Of a stretch of DNA of 40,889 nucleotides, positions 1 through 9,466 are shown piece after piece. A program made the translations under genes and the position numbers. The stretch's first letter is position 1. The number at the start of each line of letters is the position of its first letter. This stretch comes from a virus (Duplodnaviria > Caudoviricetes), in the IMG/VR virus record IMGVR_UViG_3300037313_000615, positions 1 through 40,889 of that record; one strand, written 5' to 3'. The notes beneath the pieces are model-generated. The model saw nothing but the letters and a program-made list of their open reading frames with translations, did no database searches and was not told where the DNA came from.

Positions 1-127
1 GAACTGGCAGCGGAACCGGTACGGGCGGAGGTACAACGCCCCCCACAATGGACCCGCGCGACCCGACCTATTGGGACGCGGCAAAGGTGCAGGCCCAGTT
101 CTTCCCAGCTGATTCCGCCATGGCGCT
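1..127. repeat. 127-bp direct terminal repeat (copy 1); circular assembly overlap
   Basis: Identical to 40763-40889. A reading frame runs through the junction, and 127 is a common assembler k-mer length. Confidence 0.95.
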
Positions 128-1625
128 ATTTCCCAGCCCTGAAGGCAGCCGTATCACGGTAGACCCGGACGGCACCGTTGGCGGCCCCCCCTATCTGATG
201 GACATGTTCGGCAATCGCTACCGCATTGACCGAAATGCGGATGGTCTCCATGCCCTTGTGTTGATCTCCAACATCGGCGGAGGAACATCCAAGCTCTACG
301 GCGCGCAGGCGTCCTATAATGGCGCAATCATCCCCGATACGTCCGGGCGTGGCCTTGCGAGCGGCGCTTTCATCAAACTCATCGTGGCCCAGGGCAAGGT
401 CTATATGACCCCGTTTGGCGGCCAGACTGTGGTGATTAATGGCGGAATTTCCTCGATTGCCGTAACCGCCCAGCCGACCAACTGGGCCGATCCCTTCTAT
501 GGCTACAAGAGCGCACACAATATCGGGACGGATACCGGGACAGGTGGAACAGGCGGCAGTGGCGGAGCAGGTGGTGTGCCAGTTCCCAGCGATCCGCCCA
601 AGGCTACTGTGGCGCCGGGCTCGAATGGCAATGTGATCAAGTTCGGCGCCGGCCAGCAGTATGCGGGACCGACCGCCGCCTGTGCAGCCGCCAAGCCTGG
701 GGACACGGTTCTCTTTGCCGGCACTCCGGGCCAGGTCTTTGCCGAAAGCTTTGACGTGCCGGAAGGCGTCAAGCTGGATGGCGGCGGTCGCTGGCCGGCG
801 GATCTGTCATCGGTTAAATCCGTGTTCGCCGCCGGCAGCGATTACAGCAGCCTGGAGACGCTCTATGTCCCCGGCGCCATCATCGATGGTAACAGCTTGG
901 CCGACCCCGACGGCTATTCCCACCAATTGGGTGGCGTGATTGGCTTGGGCAACGTTATCATCACGGGCCTGCGGATCAAGAACTTCGGTCTGAAGGAAGC
1001 GGTCCATGGCGGCACAGGTGGCATTCGTGCCAAAGGGAATGCCATAGGCCAGCTTCAGGGCTCGGATAACTTCATCACCGACTGCCAGAATGGTATTGGT
1101 CCTGGTGGCACCCAGATCATATCCGGGCCGTGGGTTCGGACTGTCATTGTCCGCTGCGGCCTGAATGATGGGGCAGGTGGGGCTCATGCCGTCTACGATA
1201 CCAGCAGCACCGTGCGCTCTATCGCTGGGCCGGATTTCTACTCGGATGGCGGTAGCATCCAGGGATCAGGCGGCCACGGCTACAAGAGCCGCGCAGGGGC
1301 TAGCTTTACGGCTGTAGCACCCTTCTACATCAAGGGCAGTGATAGCTCGGCCCTGGACATTCCCAACGGCTCTGCTGCGATCTGCCAGGTCGATGCCGGC
1401 GATATCGAACAATATGGTTCGGCGGATTTCACGAATCATACCCTGATAGGTTATGGCCTGGAAGGCTCGATCAATGGCACCGCTGGCGTGAAATGCACCG
1501 GCACCACTTTCCACGGTAACTGCCCGCAGCCTGTTATTCAGGGCTCTGGGACAATTGATGTCACAGGCTGTAAATTCCTCGGGACCAAGCCAACCGGCTC
1601 ATCCAACGTAGTGGGGCTGACATGA
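48..1625 (+). CDS. Gly-rich virion appendage protein with right-handed beta-helix (pectate-lyase-like, putative depolymerase/spike); N-terminus starts at 40681
   Basis: After a GTGG linker: FGAGQQYAGPTAACAAAKPGDTV (typical beta-helix cap), GAHAVY and GHGYKSRA motifs. Located in the late operon. Confidence 0.6.
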   Translation: MDPRDPTYWDAAKVQAQFFPADSAMALFPSPEGSRITVDPDGTVGGPPYLMDMFGNRYRIDRNADGLHALVLISNIGGGTSKLYGAQASYNGAIIPDTSGRGLASGAFIKLIVAQGKVYMTPFGGQTVVINGGISSIAVTAQPTNWADPFYGYKSAHNIGTDTGTGGTGGSGGAGGVPVPSDPPKATVAPGSNGNVIKFGAGQQYAGPTAACAAAKPGDTVLFAGTPGQVFAESFDVPEGVKLDGGGRWPADLSSVKSVFAAGSDYSSLETLYVPGAIIDGNSLADPDGYSHQLGGVIGLGNVIITGLRIKNFGLKEAVHGGTGGIRAKGNAIGQLQGSDNFITDCQNGIGPGGTQIISGPWVRTVIVRCGLNDGAGGAHAVYDTSSTVRSIAGPDFYSDGGSIQGSGGHGYKSRAGASFTAVAPFYIKGSDSSALDIPNGSAAICQVDAGDIEQYGSADFTNHTLIGYGLEGSINGTAGVKCTGTTFHGNCPQPVIQGSGTIDVTGCKFLGTKPTGSSNVVGLT

Positions 1626-1828
1626 GCGAGCTTCGCCTTATCACCACGACCAAAGGCCTGATGGACCCTGCACTTCTGCGCAAGTCGCAGGGCTTCGTCA
1701 ACAACGAGAATGAAGAAACCCATTGGATCGAATATTACGATGGTGACGAATTGGTGCATCGCTCGGTGCACGTGACACTCAAGAAGGGCGTGGAAGTTGA
1801 AGCGGTAGGGGGAAATATCGGGCCATGA
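1622..1828 (+). CDS. Conserved phage hypothetical protein
   Basis: ATGA-coupled on both sides; WIEYYDGDELVHRSVHVTLKK. Confidence 0.7.
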   Translation: MSELRLITTTKGLMDPALLRKSQGFVNNENEETHWIEYYDGDELVHRSVHVTLKKGVEVEAVGGNIGP

Positions 1829-2250
1829 GCAACACCCAAGCCTTCAATACCCAGGGCAAGCTGGATGCGCTGACAGCTATCGTCCCCAACGCAAGCACCA
1901 TCAAGGCAGCGCTCTATCTGGCAAGTGCTTCAATTGGAGCGGGAACGTCGCAATATACCGCAACGGGCGAAGTCTCTGGCACCAACTATTCTGCTGGTGG
2001 GGTGACTGTCACGCATGCCAATGCGGCATCTGTCAGCGGCTCGACCGCGATTTGGACGCCAAGCGCGAGCATCGTCTATACCAACGTGACGCTTTCGACG
2101 GCCTTTGATTGCGTGCTGATCTATGACAGCAGCCGCAGCAATAATTCCGTCTCAAGCCACACCTTTGGCTCACAGACCGTGACAGCGGGAGATTTTACGA
2201 TCACCATGCCGGCCAACGCTCCTGGAACAGCACTTGTTGCGATTGCGTAG
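1825..2250 (+). CDS. Putative virion structural protein
   Basis: KAALYLASASIGAGTSQYTATGEVSGTNYSAGG motif, common in phage structural modules; translationally coupled. Confidence 0.65.
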   Translation: MSNTQAFNTQGKLDALTAIVPNASTIKAALYLASASIGAGTSQYTATGEVSGTNYSAGGVTVTHANAASVSGSTAIWTPSASIVYTNVTLSTAFDCVLIYDSSRSNNSVSSHTFGSQTVTAGDFTITMPANAPGTALVAIA

Positions 2251-2255
2251 ACCCA

Positions 2256-2690
2256 ATGGGGACGCTGACCAGGGTGATATTGGATCGACTCGGCAACGAG
2301 AAAGTCATTATTCACCCAACCAACGATAGCGAGCTGAACGATCCTGCGCACGCCGCGCAAGGAACGGACCAACAATATGATTTTGACAATACGTCGTATT
2401 CCAGCGCCGTGACGGTTCGCGCCAAACTGGTGCTGTTTCAGCAGAAAGTCTCTGATGCTGGACGCGCGATTTTGGCTTCTCTGCTGCAAAAACGCATTGA
2501 TCTAATAGACGCATTTATCGCAGCCCAGTCCGATTATGACTTATGGCAAACCAGGCTGAATCAATGGCCCAGCCCAACGCAGCCTCAGACCACGCTGATT
2601 AATGCAGCTAGGGCACAGTATTTGCAGGACCTGCAAAATATCCAGACCATTCGTGATTCCATCACGACACTGACTGGTCAAGTGCCATGA
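2256..2690 (+). CDS. Hypothetical protein (possible fibre chaperone)
   Basis: Fills the operon; helical C-terminal half; coupled to 2687. Confidence 0.55.
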   Translation: MGTLTRVILDRLGNEKVIIHPTNDSELNDPAHAAQGTDQQYDFDNTSYSSAVTVRAKLVLFQQKVSDAGRAILASLLQKRIDLIDAFIAAQSDYDLWQTRLNQWPSPTQPQTTLINAARAQYLQDLQNIQTIRDSITTLTGQVP

Positions 2691-4066
2691 CCCAGGTAAT
2701 CCTTACCTCAACTGGCGCTAATACATGGACGGTGCCAACCGGCGTTACATCCGTTGATGTTGAATGTATCGGGTGCGGCGGTAACGGGTCTGCCGGCCAA
2801 GGCGCTTCTGGTGGCGGGTCGGGCGGTGGAGGGGGTGCCTATGCCAAGCAAACCGCCATTTCGGTCACAGCCGGCGCATCAATCAATTACACAATTGCTG
2901 CCGGTGGCAGTGCTGGGCACACGTTTTTTAACGGCACGACGGGCGGGTCGGGCGGTAATGCCAGCGTTAGTGCAGCGGGCGGGACAAATGCCACGGATGG
3001 AACGGACAATGTCTCGGGGGGCCTTTCCACCAATTGCAAGGGCGCTACAAAGTTCAGCGGTGGTAATGGTCGCCAAGGCGGCTATCTGGATGGTGGCGGC
3101 CTTGGTGCTGGCGGCGGTGGCGGCTCTGCCGGCCCTGATGGCGCCGGCAAGAATGGTGGTTTTGTCACCACGTCGGGCAATGGCGCGGGCGGCGGTGGGT
3201 GTGATGGATTATCTTCCAGCAATGGCGGTAACGGCGGCGTAAACTCCGCTGGCGGCAATGGCCCAGCTGGTACAGGCGGCGGAACGCCAGGCGCAACGCC
3301 CAACGGGTCTAATGGCGGCGGCGGTGCAGGCGCTTTCACGGCTGGATCCAATACCGGCAATGGCGGCCTATATCCGTCTTTTGATGCGTCTCATGGTCCC
3401 TCTGGTGGTGGTGGTGGTGGTGGCGCCAACTCCCCTAATGGCGGGACCGGTGCTGGATCAGGCGCGGGTGGTGGTGGAGCAGGCAGCAGCGCAGGCGGCA
3501 CACAAGGCGCGGGCACAGACGGTATAATCGTCATTACCTACACCGCAGGTGGCGGCGTAACGGTTTCTGCCACAGGCGTCTCTGCCACAGGTTCTGCCGG
3601 CAGTGTTGGCATCAAACACACACTTGCTGCCTCCGGTGTTTCCGCAACCGGCTCGGTTGGCAATGTCACCAGCAACGCAACGGTTGGAATTTCGGGAGTA
3701 TCGGCTACCGGCCAAGTTGGGTCGGTCACAGTATCTGCTGGCGGGGCTGTTACCGTGGCAATTACAGGCGTCCAGGCCACGGGGCAGGTTGGCTCGGTTT
3801 CGGTCAGTGGGGGTGCTAGAGGATATGGCGGCCATTTCATCCCCCATACCGAGAAACAGCTCCGGGAATTGCGCAAGGCTGAGCGCCGTCAGCGCAAGGC
3901 CGATCTGGCGCGCCAGGAAGCGTTAAGGATTGACGCGGAAAGCATCGCGGCGGATATCCGGGCTGAGCTTTTGCCTAGGACGATTCCACCGCCCTCTATA
4001 ATTGACAGCGCAAATGACGTAGAAAGCGAAGACGAGGAACTGGAGCTGATTTTGCTCCATGGCTAG
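2687..4066 (+). CDS. Glycine-rich fibre-like virion protein
   Basis: WTVPTGVTSVDVECIGCGG...GGGGGAY...GTDGIIVITY glycine-rich domain, four GV(S/Q)ATG(S/Q)(A/V)G(S/N)V repeats, and a charged C-terminus ending EDEELELILLHG. Confidence 0.7.
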   Translation: MTQVILTSTGANTWTVPTGVTSVDVECIGCGGNGSAGQGASGGGSGGGGGAYAKQTAISVTAGASINYTIAAGGSAGHTFFNGTTGGSGGNASVSAAGGTNATDGTDNVSGGLSTNCKGATKFSGGNGRQGGYLDGGGLGAGGGGGSAGPDGAGKNGGFVTTSGNGAGGGGCDGLSSSNGGNGGVNSAGGNGPAGTGGGTPGATPNGSNGGGGAGAFTAGSNTGNGGLYPSFDASHGPSGGGGGGGANSPNGGTGAGSGAGGGGAGSSAGGTQGAGTDGIIVITYTAGGGVTVSATGVSATGSAGSVGIKHTLAASGVSATGSVGNVTSNATVGISGVSATGQVGSVTVSAGGAVTVAITGVQATGQVGSVSVSGGARGYGGHFIPHTEKQLRELRKAERRQRKADLARQEALRIDAESIAADIRAELLPRTIPPPSIIDSANDVESEDEELELILLHG

Positions 4067-4074
4067 GGGGTCAA

Positions 4075-4353
4075 ATGTCTATCGGTAACCTTGCATTGGG
4101 CCAAAGCACGGGCTCCAAATCCGCCAGCACCCTGGTCAAGACGGGACCGGGCGGGATTCAGTTCATTTTCCCGACCGCTTCATCGTCCGGGATTGTCGCA
4201 GTTTTTGATGGCACCGATACCACCGGCACCAATCTCACCGGCAGTATTACCCTGGCGGCCAACACCCCCGTAAACATCAACCTCGGCTTTGGAACGGGCT
4301 GCTATGTCCAGCTGGTGAGCGGTACAGCCACCTTTTTCGTGAACTACGTCTAA
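4075..4353 (+). CDS. Small beta-rich putative structural protein
   Basis: GGGGG RBS; FGTGCYVQLVSGTATFFVNY C-terminus typical of small virion proteins. Confidence 0.6.
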   Translation: MSIGNLALGQSTGSKSASTLVKTGPGGIQFIFPTASSSGIVAVFDGTDTTGTNLTGSITLAANTPVNINLGFGTGCYVQLVSGTATFFVNYV

Positions 4354-5715
4354 ATGTCGCTTAAAGCGAACCTCCAAGGGACTGGGGCTTCCTATGGCCA
4401 CTCCCACGCCATCTGCGGGGAATTGGCGGCGCATATTACAGCAGCAGGATCGACGCAAGCGACGGCGTTTCTGCTTGAGCGCAAAACCCGCCACATCGTC
4501 ACTGCGGGAACAGGCGGGGTAATTGTACCCCCGGGAGTCGGGAGGGGCGATGCGCTTCAAGAAGGCGACGAGATTGAAATCACCAATGCCACGCTGGCGG
4601 ACATTTCGATATACCCTCCTGCTGGTTCTGCTTTTCTTGGCTATCTGACAAATGGGGCGCTTACACTCAGCCCAAACTTCTCGGTCTCAATCTTTGTCGA
4701 CTCCGCGACGCGGCTGATCTCGCGGTACTATCAGGTTAATTCTGGAATAGCTGGGTCGGGCACTGTCACCAGCGTAGCTTTAGCAGCTCCCTCAAGCATT
4801 TTGTCTGTTTCTGGATCACCTGTTACCAGCGCCGGCACCCTGACGCTTGGATTACAAACCCAGACCGCCAACACCGTCTGGGCGGGCCCTTTGAATGGTG
4901 CGGCGGCAACGCCGACGTTTCGCGCGCTTACAGCGGCTGATTTCCCAGCGCTCACTTCTGGTTCGGCCCTCCTTTATGGCAATGGATCGGGAGGCTTTTC
5001 CAATGCCGCAATTGGCAGCGGATTATCCTTTGTTGGCGGGACGCTATCCGCGACGGGATCAGGAGGCACTGTTACCAGCGTAGGGCTGTCAATGCCCTCG
5101 ATCATCACGGTTTCTGGGTCGCCGGTAACTGGCTCAGGTACTTTGACGGGTGCCCTCGCCACGCAAAACGCCAATACTATCTTTGCCGGCCCTACCAACG
5201 GGACCGCCGCTCAACCCACTTTCCGCGCCATGGTGGCGGCGGATTTGGTCAATAATGGCGCCAACCCAACGGCAACAATCGGCGCATCTGCGGTTAATGG
5301 CTCTGCTACCACATGGATGCGCAGTGACGCGGCGCCTGCTTTAGGAGCAAACTTCCGCACCGCAGATATTAGTTTTGTGATTGATGGTGGTGGTTCAGCT
5401 ATCACCACTGGAATCAAGGGCGATCTGCAAATCAACTTCGACTGCACGATCCAGGCGAACACGGTGCTACTGGATCAATCCGGCTCCATCGTCATTGATG
5501 TTTGGAAAGACACTTACGCCAATTATCCGCCGACCGTGGCCGATACGATTTGTGCGAGCGCGTTACCTACAGTTTCAAGCGCTACCAAATCTACTGATTC
5601 CACACTGACTGGCTGGACCACAACGATTGCCGCAGGAGATACGCTACGATTCAACGTGAATAGCGTTACGTCCGCGACGCGGGCGCTTCTCAATTTGAAG
5701 GTTATTAAGACCTAA
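4354..5715 (+). CDS. Fibre-like virion protein with internal repeat; N-terminal domain paralogous to 11310..11705
   Basis: Two ~64-aa repeats GTVTSV..SGSPVT..GTLT...ANT..AGP.NG.AA.PTFRA..AAD; C-terminal IDGGGSAITTG...GDTLRFNV domain. Confidence 0.7.
   Translation: MSLKANLQGTGASYGHSHAICGELAAHITAAGSTQATAFLLERKTRHIVTAGTGGVIVPPGVGRGDALQEGDEIEITNATLADISIYPPAGSAFLGYLTNGALTLSPNFSVSIFVDSATRLISRYYQVNSGIAGSGTVTSVALAAPSSILSVSGSPVTSAGTLTLGLQTQTANTVWAGPLNGAAATPTFRALTAADFPALTSGSALLYGNGSGGFSNAAIGSGLSFVGGTLSATGSGGTVTSVGLSMPSIITVSGSPVTGSGTLTGALATQNANTIFAGPTNGTAAQPTFRAMVAADLVNNGANPTATIGASAVNGSATTWMRSDAAPALGANFRTADISFVIDGGGSAITTGIKGDLQINFDCTIQANTVLLDQSGSIVIDVWKDTYANYPPTVADTICASALPTVSSATKSTDSTLTGWTTTIAAGDTLRFNVNSVTSATRALLNLKVIKT
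4753..5247 (+). repeat. Intragenic duplicated ~190-bp module (4753-4944 and 5056-5247)
   Basis: Protein-level alignment of the two GTVTSV...PTFRA..AAD units. Confidence 0.8.
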
Positions 5716-6389
5716 TGGGCACCCTGGTCGCGCATACCAAGCTTCAGGCCCAAGGCGGTGGAACGTCTGCCGGGATAGACACCACTGGAGCAAATCTTAT
5801 TGTCATTGGATTGGTGCAGGCCTTTGCTGCAAACGTTTCTGTCAGCGATAACAAAGGTAATACCTATACTGCTGAATCTGGGTCATCTGATCCAACAACG
5901 TTTTTCAAAACAAGCTTATTTTGGCTGCGCAACCCGGTGGTAGGAACGGGTCACACTTTCACACTCGGTGGCGGCAACAACAACCAGGCCTGCTGCGTCA
6001 TAGCGATTAAAACCGCGTCTGGCGGAATTCGAACCGGCACAGGAACTTCCTCAAGTGGTGGTAGTACCGGAAGCACCACAGTCCAACCTGGATCCATCAC
6101 GCCGTCACCTGCTCCTAGCTTGGTGGTTGTGAATAATTGTATGCGCAGCGCTCATTTGGGAGACGCATTCATCAGTATCGACCAAGGGTTTCAGTTCAGC
6201 GATACGATTGATGAGAATGGTGCGGCAACTTACCTGATGGGCTTTGGATATCTATTCCAAAGCGTTGCGGCGGCGGTTAATCCCACTGCTACTGTCAACG
6301 CCACGCCAACTTCTCTCTCCGCCTCAATGTATTCTTTTCCGATGTCCGTCGATTCTGTCGGGCGCTCACAAGGGTTCATTTACGGATGA
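5715..6389 (+). CDS. Putative virion structural/fibre-associated protein
   Basis: IDTTGANLIVI...SDNKGNTYT...GTGHTFT motif; coupled to neighbours. Confidence 0.6.
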   Translation: MGTLVAHTKLQAQGGGTSAGIDTTGANLIVIGLVQAFAANVSVSDNKGNTYTAESGSSDPTTFFKTSLFWLRNPVVGTGHTFTLGGGNNNQACCVIAIKTASGGIRTGTGTSSSGGSTGSTTVQPGSITPSPAPSLVVVNNCMRSAHLGDAFISIDQGFQFSDTIDENGAATYLMGFGYLFQSVAAAVNPTATVNATPTSLSASMYSFPMSVDSVGRSQGFIYG

Positions 6390-6724
6390 CGATTCGTTTT
6401 TGCAAAGCCTGCGCCGGGTGGCACGATCTGGGAGAGGATTGGCCCGAGGGCTGCCTCTCCCATTTCGCGAAGGGGCTTGGTTCCACAAGCGGGATTCAGA
6501 TTATCAGGGATATCGAGCCTTACAAGGCGGTGGGGGGTGATATTGCCCTGAAAGGTAAATGCCCGGCCATCATGGGCAGGCGCCAACATCGGGAATTTCT
6601 CAAGCGAAACAATTACGTAGAGGTTGGGAATGAGCCGGTGAGGCCCAAGAAATGGGATTATGGCCCCGAAATCACCCATCGCGAAATCAAGCAAACCATT
6701 GACCAGCTAAGGAGCAGACGTTGA
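6386..6724 (+). CDS. Conserved phage protein preceding scaffold
   Basis: DIEPYK...GRRQHREFLKRNNYVEVGNE motif, N-terminal CxxC. Confidence 0.65.
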   Translation: MTIRFCKACAGWHDLGEDWPEGCLSHFAKGLGSTSGIQIIRDIEPYKAVGGDIALKGKCPAIMGRRQHREFLKRNNYVEVGNEPVRPKKWDYGPEITHREIKQTIDQLRSRR

Positions 6725-7830
6725 GCGATCTGGAACAGTCGGCAGCACAAGAAATTGTGCCAGACAATGTTGGAAACGACGTTCGTGCGGCAATTGAAGA
6801 ACTGAAGGTTGGCAGCACCGAACCCAAGCTGGATGTCGTTATCGACAAAGGCGAAGTGGGCCGCGTTCGGGATGAAGCCGGCAAGTTCGCCAAGGCCGAT
6901 GCCGCCCCCAAGCGTGAAACTCTCACCCTCCCGGAAAAGGATGCCGGCATTAAGCCTGATCCGACTCAGCAGTTTGGCGTTGCGCCGCCTGACCCTGCCG
7001 CGCCGCCCGCGCCCGTCGAGGCTCCCAAGCCTGCTGTTGAGCCCCCCAAGGGCTGGAATGCCGAAGAAAAGGCCAAGTGGTCCGAAGTGCCGGAATGGGC
7101 GCAGCGCGCCGCCGCTCGCCGCGAGGATGAGCTCACCAAGAAGCTCTTCCAGCATGATGAAGTGCGCGATTTTGGCCGCAAGCTTCAGGACATCGCCAAC
7201 CCTTACTTGCCGATCATGCGGGCCGAGGGCGCGGACATTCCCCGCGCATTCGAGAACTATCTCCAAACCTCTTTTGCCCTGCGCCAGGGCACACCCATGC
7301 AAAAGGCTTTGGCCTTGCATGCTATTGCACAACAGTTTAATGTGGATTTGAGCTTACCTCAGCAACAGGGGGGCGTTGATCCGAGATACGTTCAGCTAGA
7401 ACGCCAAATCGCGGATCTTACGCAAAGACTGTCGGGGCAGGATCAAGAGCGTCAGCAGCGGGAAGAACAGACCCTTCAGCAACAGATCGCTGAGTTTTCC
7501 ACCGCTCCTGGGCATGAGCATTTCGAGAAGGTCAGGGCCCGTATGGGCGCACTTCTCGAGACTGGCGAAGCCAAGGACATGGAAGATGCCTATCAGCAGG
7601 CAATCTGGTCGCATCCCGAAGTTCGCACCAGCCTTATGGCGGCTCAAACCAAGTCCGCCGAAGACCAGCGAATTGCCGAGCAAAAGGCCAAAGCCGACGC
7701 AGCAAAAGCCGCCGCCGTGTCTGTAAAAGGCTCCCCAGGAGGGTCACGCCCCCTTAACGGAGCCATCTCTCACGGCAGCATTGCAGATGATCTCCGGGCT
7801 GCTGTGGCCGAAGTCAGAGGCCGCGTGTAG
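6721..7830 (+). CDS. Capsid scaffolding protein
   Basis: Immediately upstream of the capsid gene; RDEAGKFAK motif, Pro-rich linker, Q/A-rich helical coiled coil; TTG start after GGAG. Confidence 0.75.
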   Translation: MSDLEQSAAQEIVPDNVGNDVRAAIEELKVGSTEPKLDVVIDKGEVGRVRDEAGKFAKADAAPKRETLTLPEKDAGIKPDPTQQFGVAPPDPAAPPAPVEAPKPAVEPPKGWNAEEKAKWSEVPEWAQRAAARREDELTKKLFQHDEVRDFGRKLQDIANPYLPIMRAEGADIPRAFENYLQTSFALRQGTPMQKALALHAIAQQFNVDLSLPQQQGGVDPRYVQLERQIADLTQRLSGQDQERQQREEQTLQQQIAEFSTAPGHEHFEKVRARMGALLETGEAKDMEDAYQQAIWSHPEVRTSLMAAQTKSAEDQRIAEQKAKADAAKAAAVSVKGSPGGSRPLNGAISHGSIADDLRAAVAEVRGRV

Positions 7831-7853
7831 CCCCCAACCGATGAGGGGCCACA

Positions 7854-8834
7854 ATGGCTTTGAACAATCCCGTTACCGCTGGCGAAATCGTAGCCACGAC
7901 GCTGCGCAATCGCACGGGCAAGGCTGCGGATAACGTCACCCAGAACACTGCCCTTTTGTCCCGCCTTCGCAAGCGCGGCAACATGAAGCCTGTTGATGGT
8001 GGCCGCACCATCATGCAGGAAATCGAATATGCCGAGAACGGCACCTACAAGCGCTATTCCGGCTACGAAGCCCTGAACATCTCGCCCAGCGATGTGTTCA
8101 CCTTCGCGGAATACAACTACGCCCAGGCGGCGGTTGCGATCTCCATGTCCGGCCTGGAAATGATCCAGAATGCCGGCGAGGAGCAGATGATCGACCTGCT
8201 CCAGGGCCGCATCAAGAACGCCGAACGCACCATGCAGAACAATATCTCTGCGGACGTGTATTCGGACGGCACAGCAGATGGCGGTCGTCAGATCGGCGGC
8301 ATGCAGCTTCTGGTCGCCGGCACCCCGACCAACACTGTGGGCGGCATCAATGCCTCGACCTATACCTTCTGGCAGAACGTGGTGTTCCGCGCTGTGACGG
8401 ATGGCGGCTCGGCGGCAACTTCGGCCAATATCCAGAGCTATATGAACCGGCTCTGGGTCCAGTTGGTCCGTAATGCCGACAAGCCTGATCTGATCCCGTG
8501 CGATAACAACTACTATCGCCTGTATCTGGAATCGCTCCAGGCCATCCAGCGCATTGCCTCGGATGAAATGGCCCAGGCCGGCTTTATGTCCCTCAAGTAC
8601 ATGACCGCCGACGTTGTCCTGGACGGTGGTTTTGGTGGCGATGCGCCGACCAACACCATGTACATGCTCAACACCGATTACATCTTCTTCCGTCCCGCTT
8701 CCTCGCGCAATTTCGCTCCTTTGGGAGATGATCGTTACGCGGTGAACCAGGACGCGATGGTCAAGCTGATCGGTTTCGCCGGCAACATGACGACTTCCAA
8801 TCGTCGGTTGCAGGGCGTCCTTAACGGTAACTAG
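7854..8834 (+). CDS. Major capsid protein
   Basis: 326 aa; IVATTLRNR...ADNV..NTALLSRL, YSGYEALN, GFMSLKY...DVVLDGG, GNMTTSNRRLQGVL match a familiar podovirus capsid family; strong codon bias. Confidence 0.88.
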   Translation: MALNNPVTAGEIVATTLRNRTGKAADNVTQNTALLSRLRKRGNMKPVDGGRTIMQEIEYAENGTYKRYSGYEALNISPSDVFTFAEYNYAQAAVAISMSGLEMIQNAGEEQMIDLLQGRIKNAERTMQNNISADVYSDGTADGGRQIGGMQLLVAGTPTNTVGGINASTYTFWQNVVFRAVTDGGSAATSANIQSYMNRLWVQLVRNADKPDLIPCDNNYYRLYLESLQAIQRIASDEMAQAGFMSLKYMTADVVLDGGFGGDAPTNTMYMLNTDYIFFRPASSRNFAPLGDDRYAVNQDAMVKLIGFAGNMTTSNRRLQGVLNGN

Positions 8835-8845
8835 GAGGCCGAACC

Positions 8846-9457
8846 ATGGCTGTCACTACCTATACCCTGCCGCTGGCTTCCACCTGGAAGTTCACGGACA
8901 ACATCATCGGCGTGGCCGATGTCAGTGCGGTTTATACGGCGGGCAATGTTGGCGCTCCCGGCATTACCCCGCTGCCGTCTGTCGTGATCGAGCAGCAGCT
9001 AGGCGCTATCGTCAAAGCTACTTCCTACGACACCACCTATGGCGGTGAAGCCTGGTTGATCTTCCTGGCGGTTCCGACCTCCACGACTGTCACCCAGGGA
9101 CTGACCTACAAGTGGAAGGGCGATTACACCATTGAAGTGGTGCCAAGCGCTGTTACCACCTCGCAGTCCAGCGGTCAGCCGGTGGCGGTGGCGCTCAACA
9201 GCGTGTCCTCCAACACGACTTCGGTGCAGTACACCTGGTTCCTGTGCAAGGGCCGCTGCGCTGTGCTGAAGTCCGCCACCATCACGGCCCAGCCCAATGT
9301 CAGCCTGTTCGTCAGCAATGTGACGGCGGGCCGGGTACGCACCACCAGCTCTGCCTTCCGAGCCTTTATCGGGATGCGCAGTGCCAATACCGCGACGGCG
9401 ACGGGATCGATTCTTCCTGCGTATCTCAACTTCCCCAATATCACCTCGGGAAGCTAG
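8846..9457 (+). CDS. Putative capsid decoration/cement protein
   Basis: Directly after the capsid gene with a GGAGG RBS; YGGEAWLIFL...VAVAL...QYTWFLCKG pattern. Confidence 0.55.
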   Translation: MAVTTYTLPLASTWKFTDNIIGVADVSAVYTAGNVGAPGITPLPSVVIEQQLGAIVKATSYDTTYGGEAWLIFLAVPTSTTVTQGLTYKWKGDYTIEVVPSAVTTSQSSGQPVAVALNSVSSNTTSVQYTWFLCKGRCAVLKSATITAQPNVSLFVSNVTAGRVRTTSSAFRAFIGMRSANTATATGSILPAYLNFPNITSGS

Positions 9458-9466
9458 TTAGAGACT

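Noticed and set aside
2790-3530. Gly-rich GGC/GGT runs as a DNA repeat array or collagen
   Set aside because: Low-complexity glycine coding without Gly-X-Y periodicity or repeat-spacer structure.
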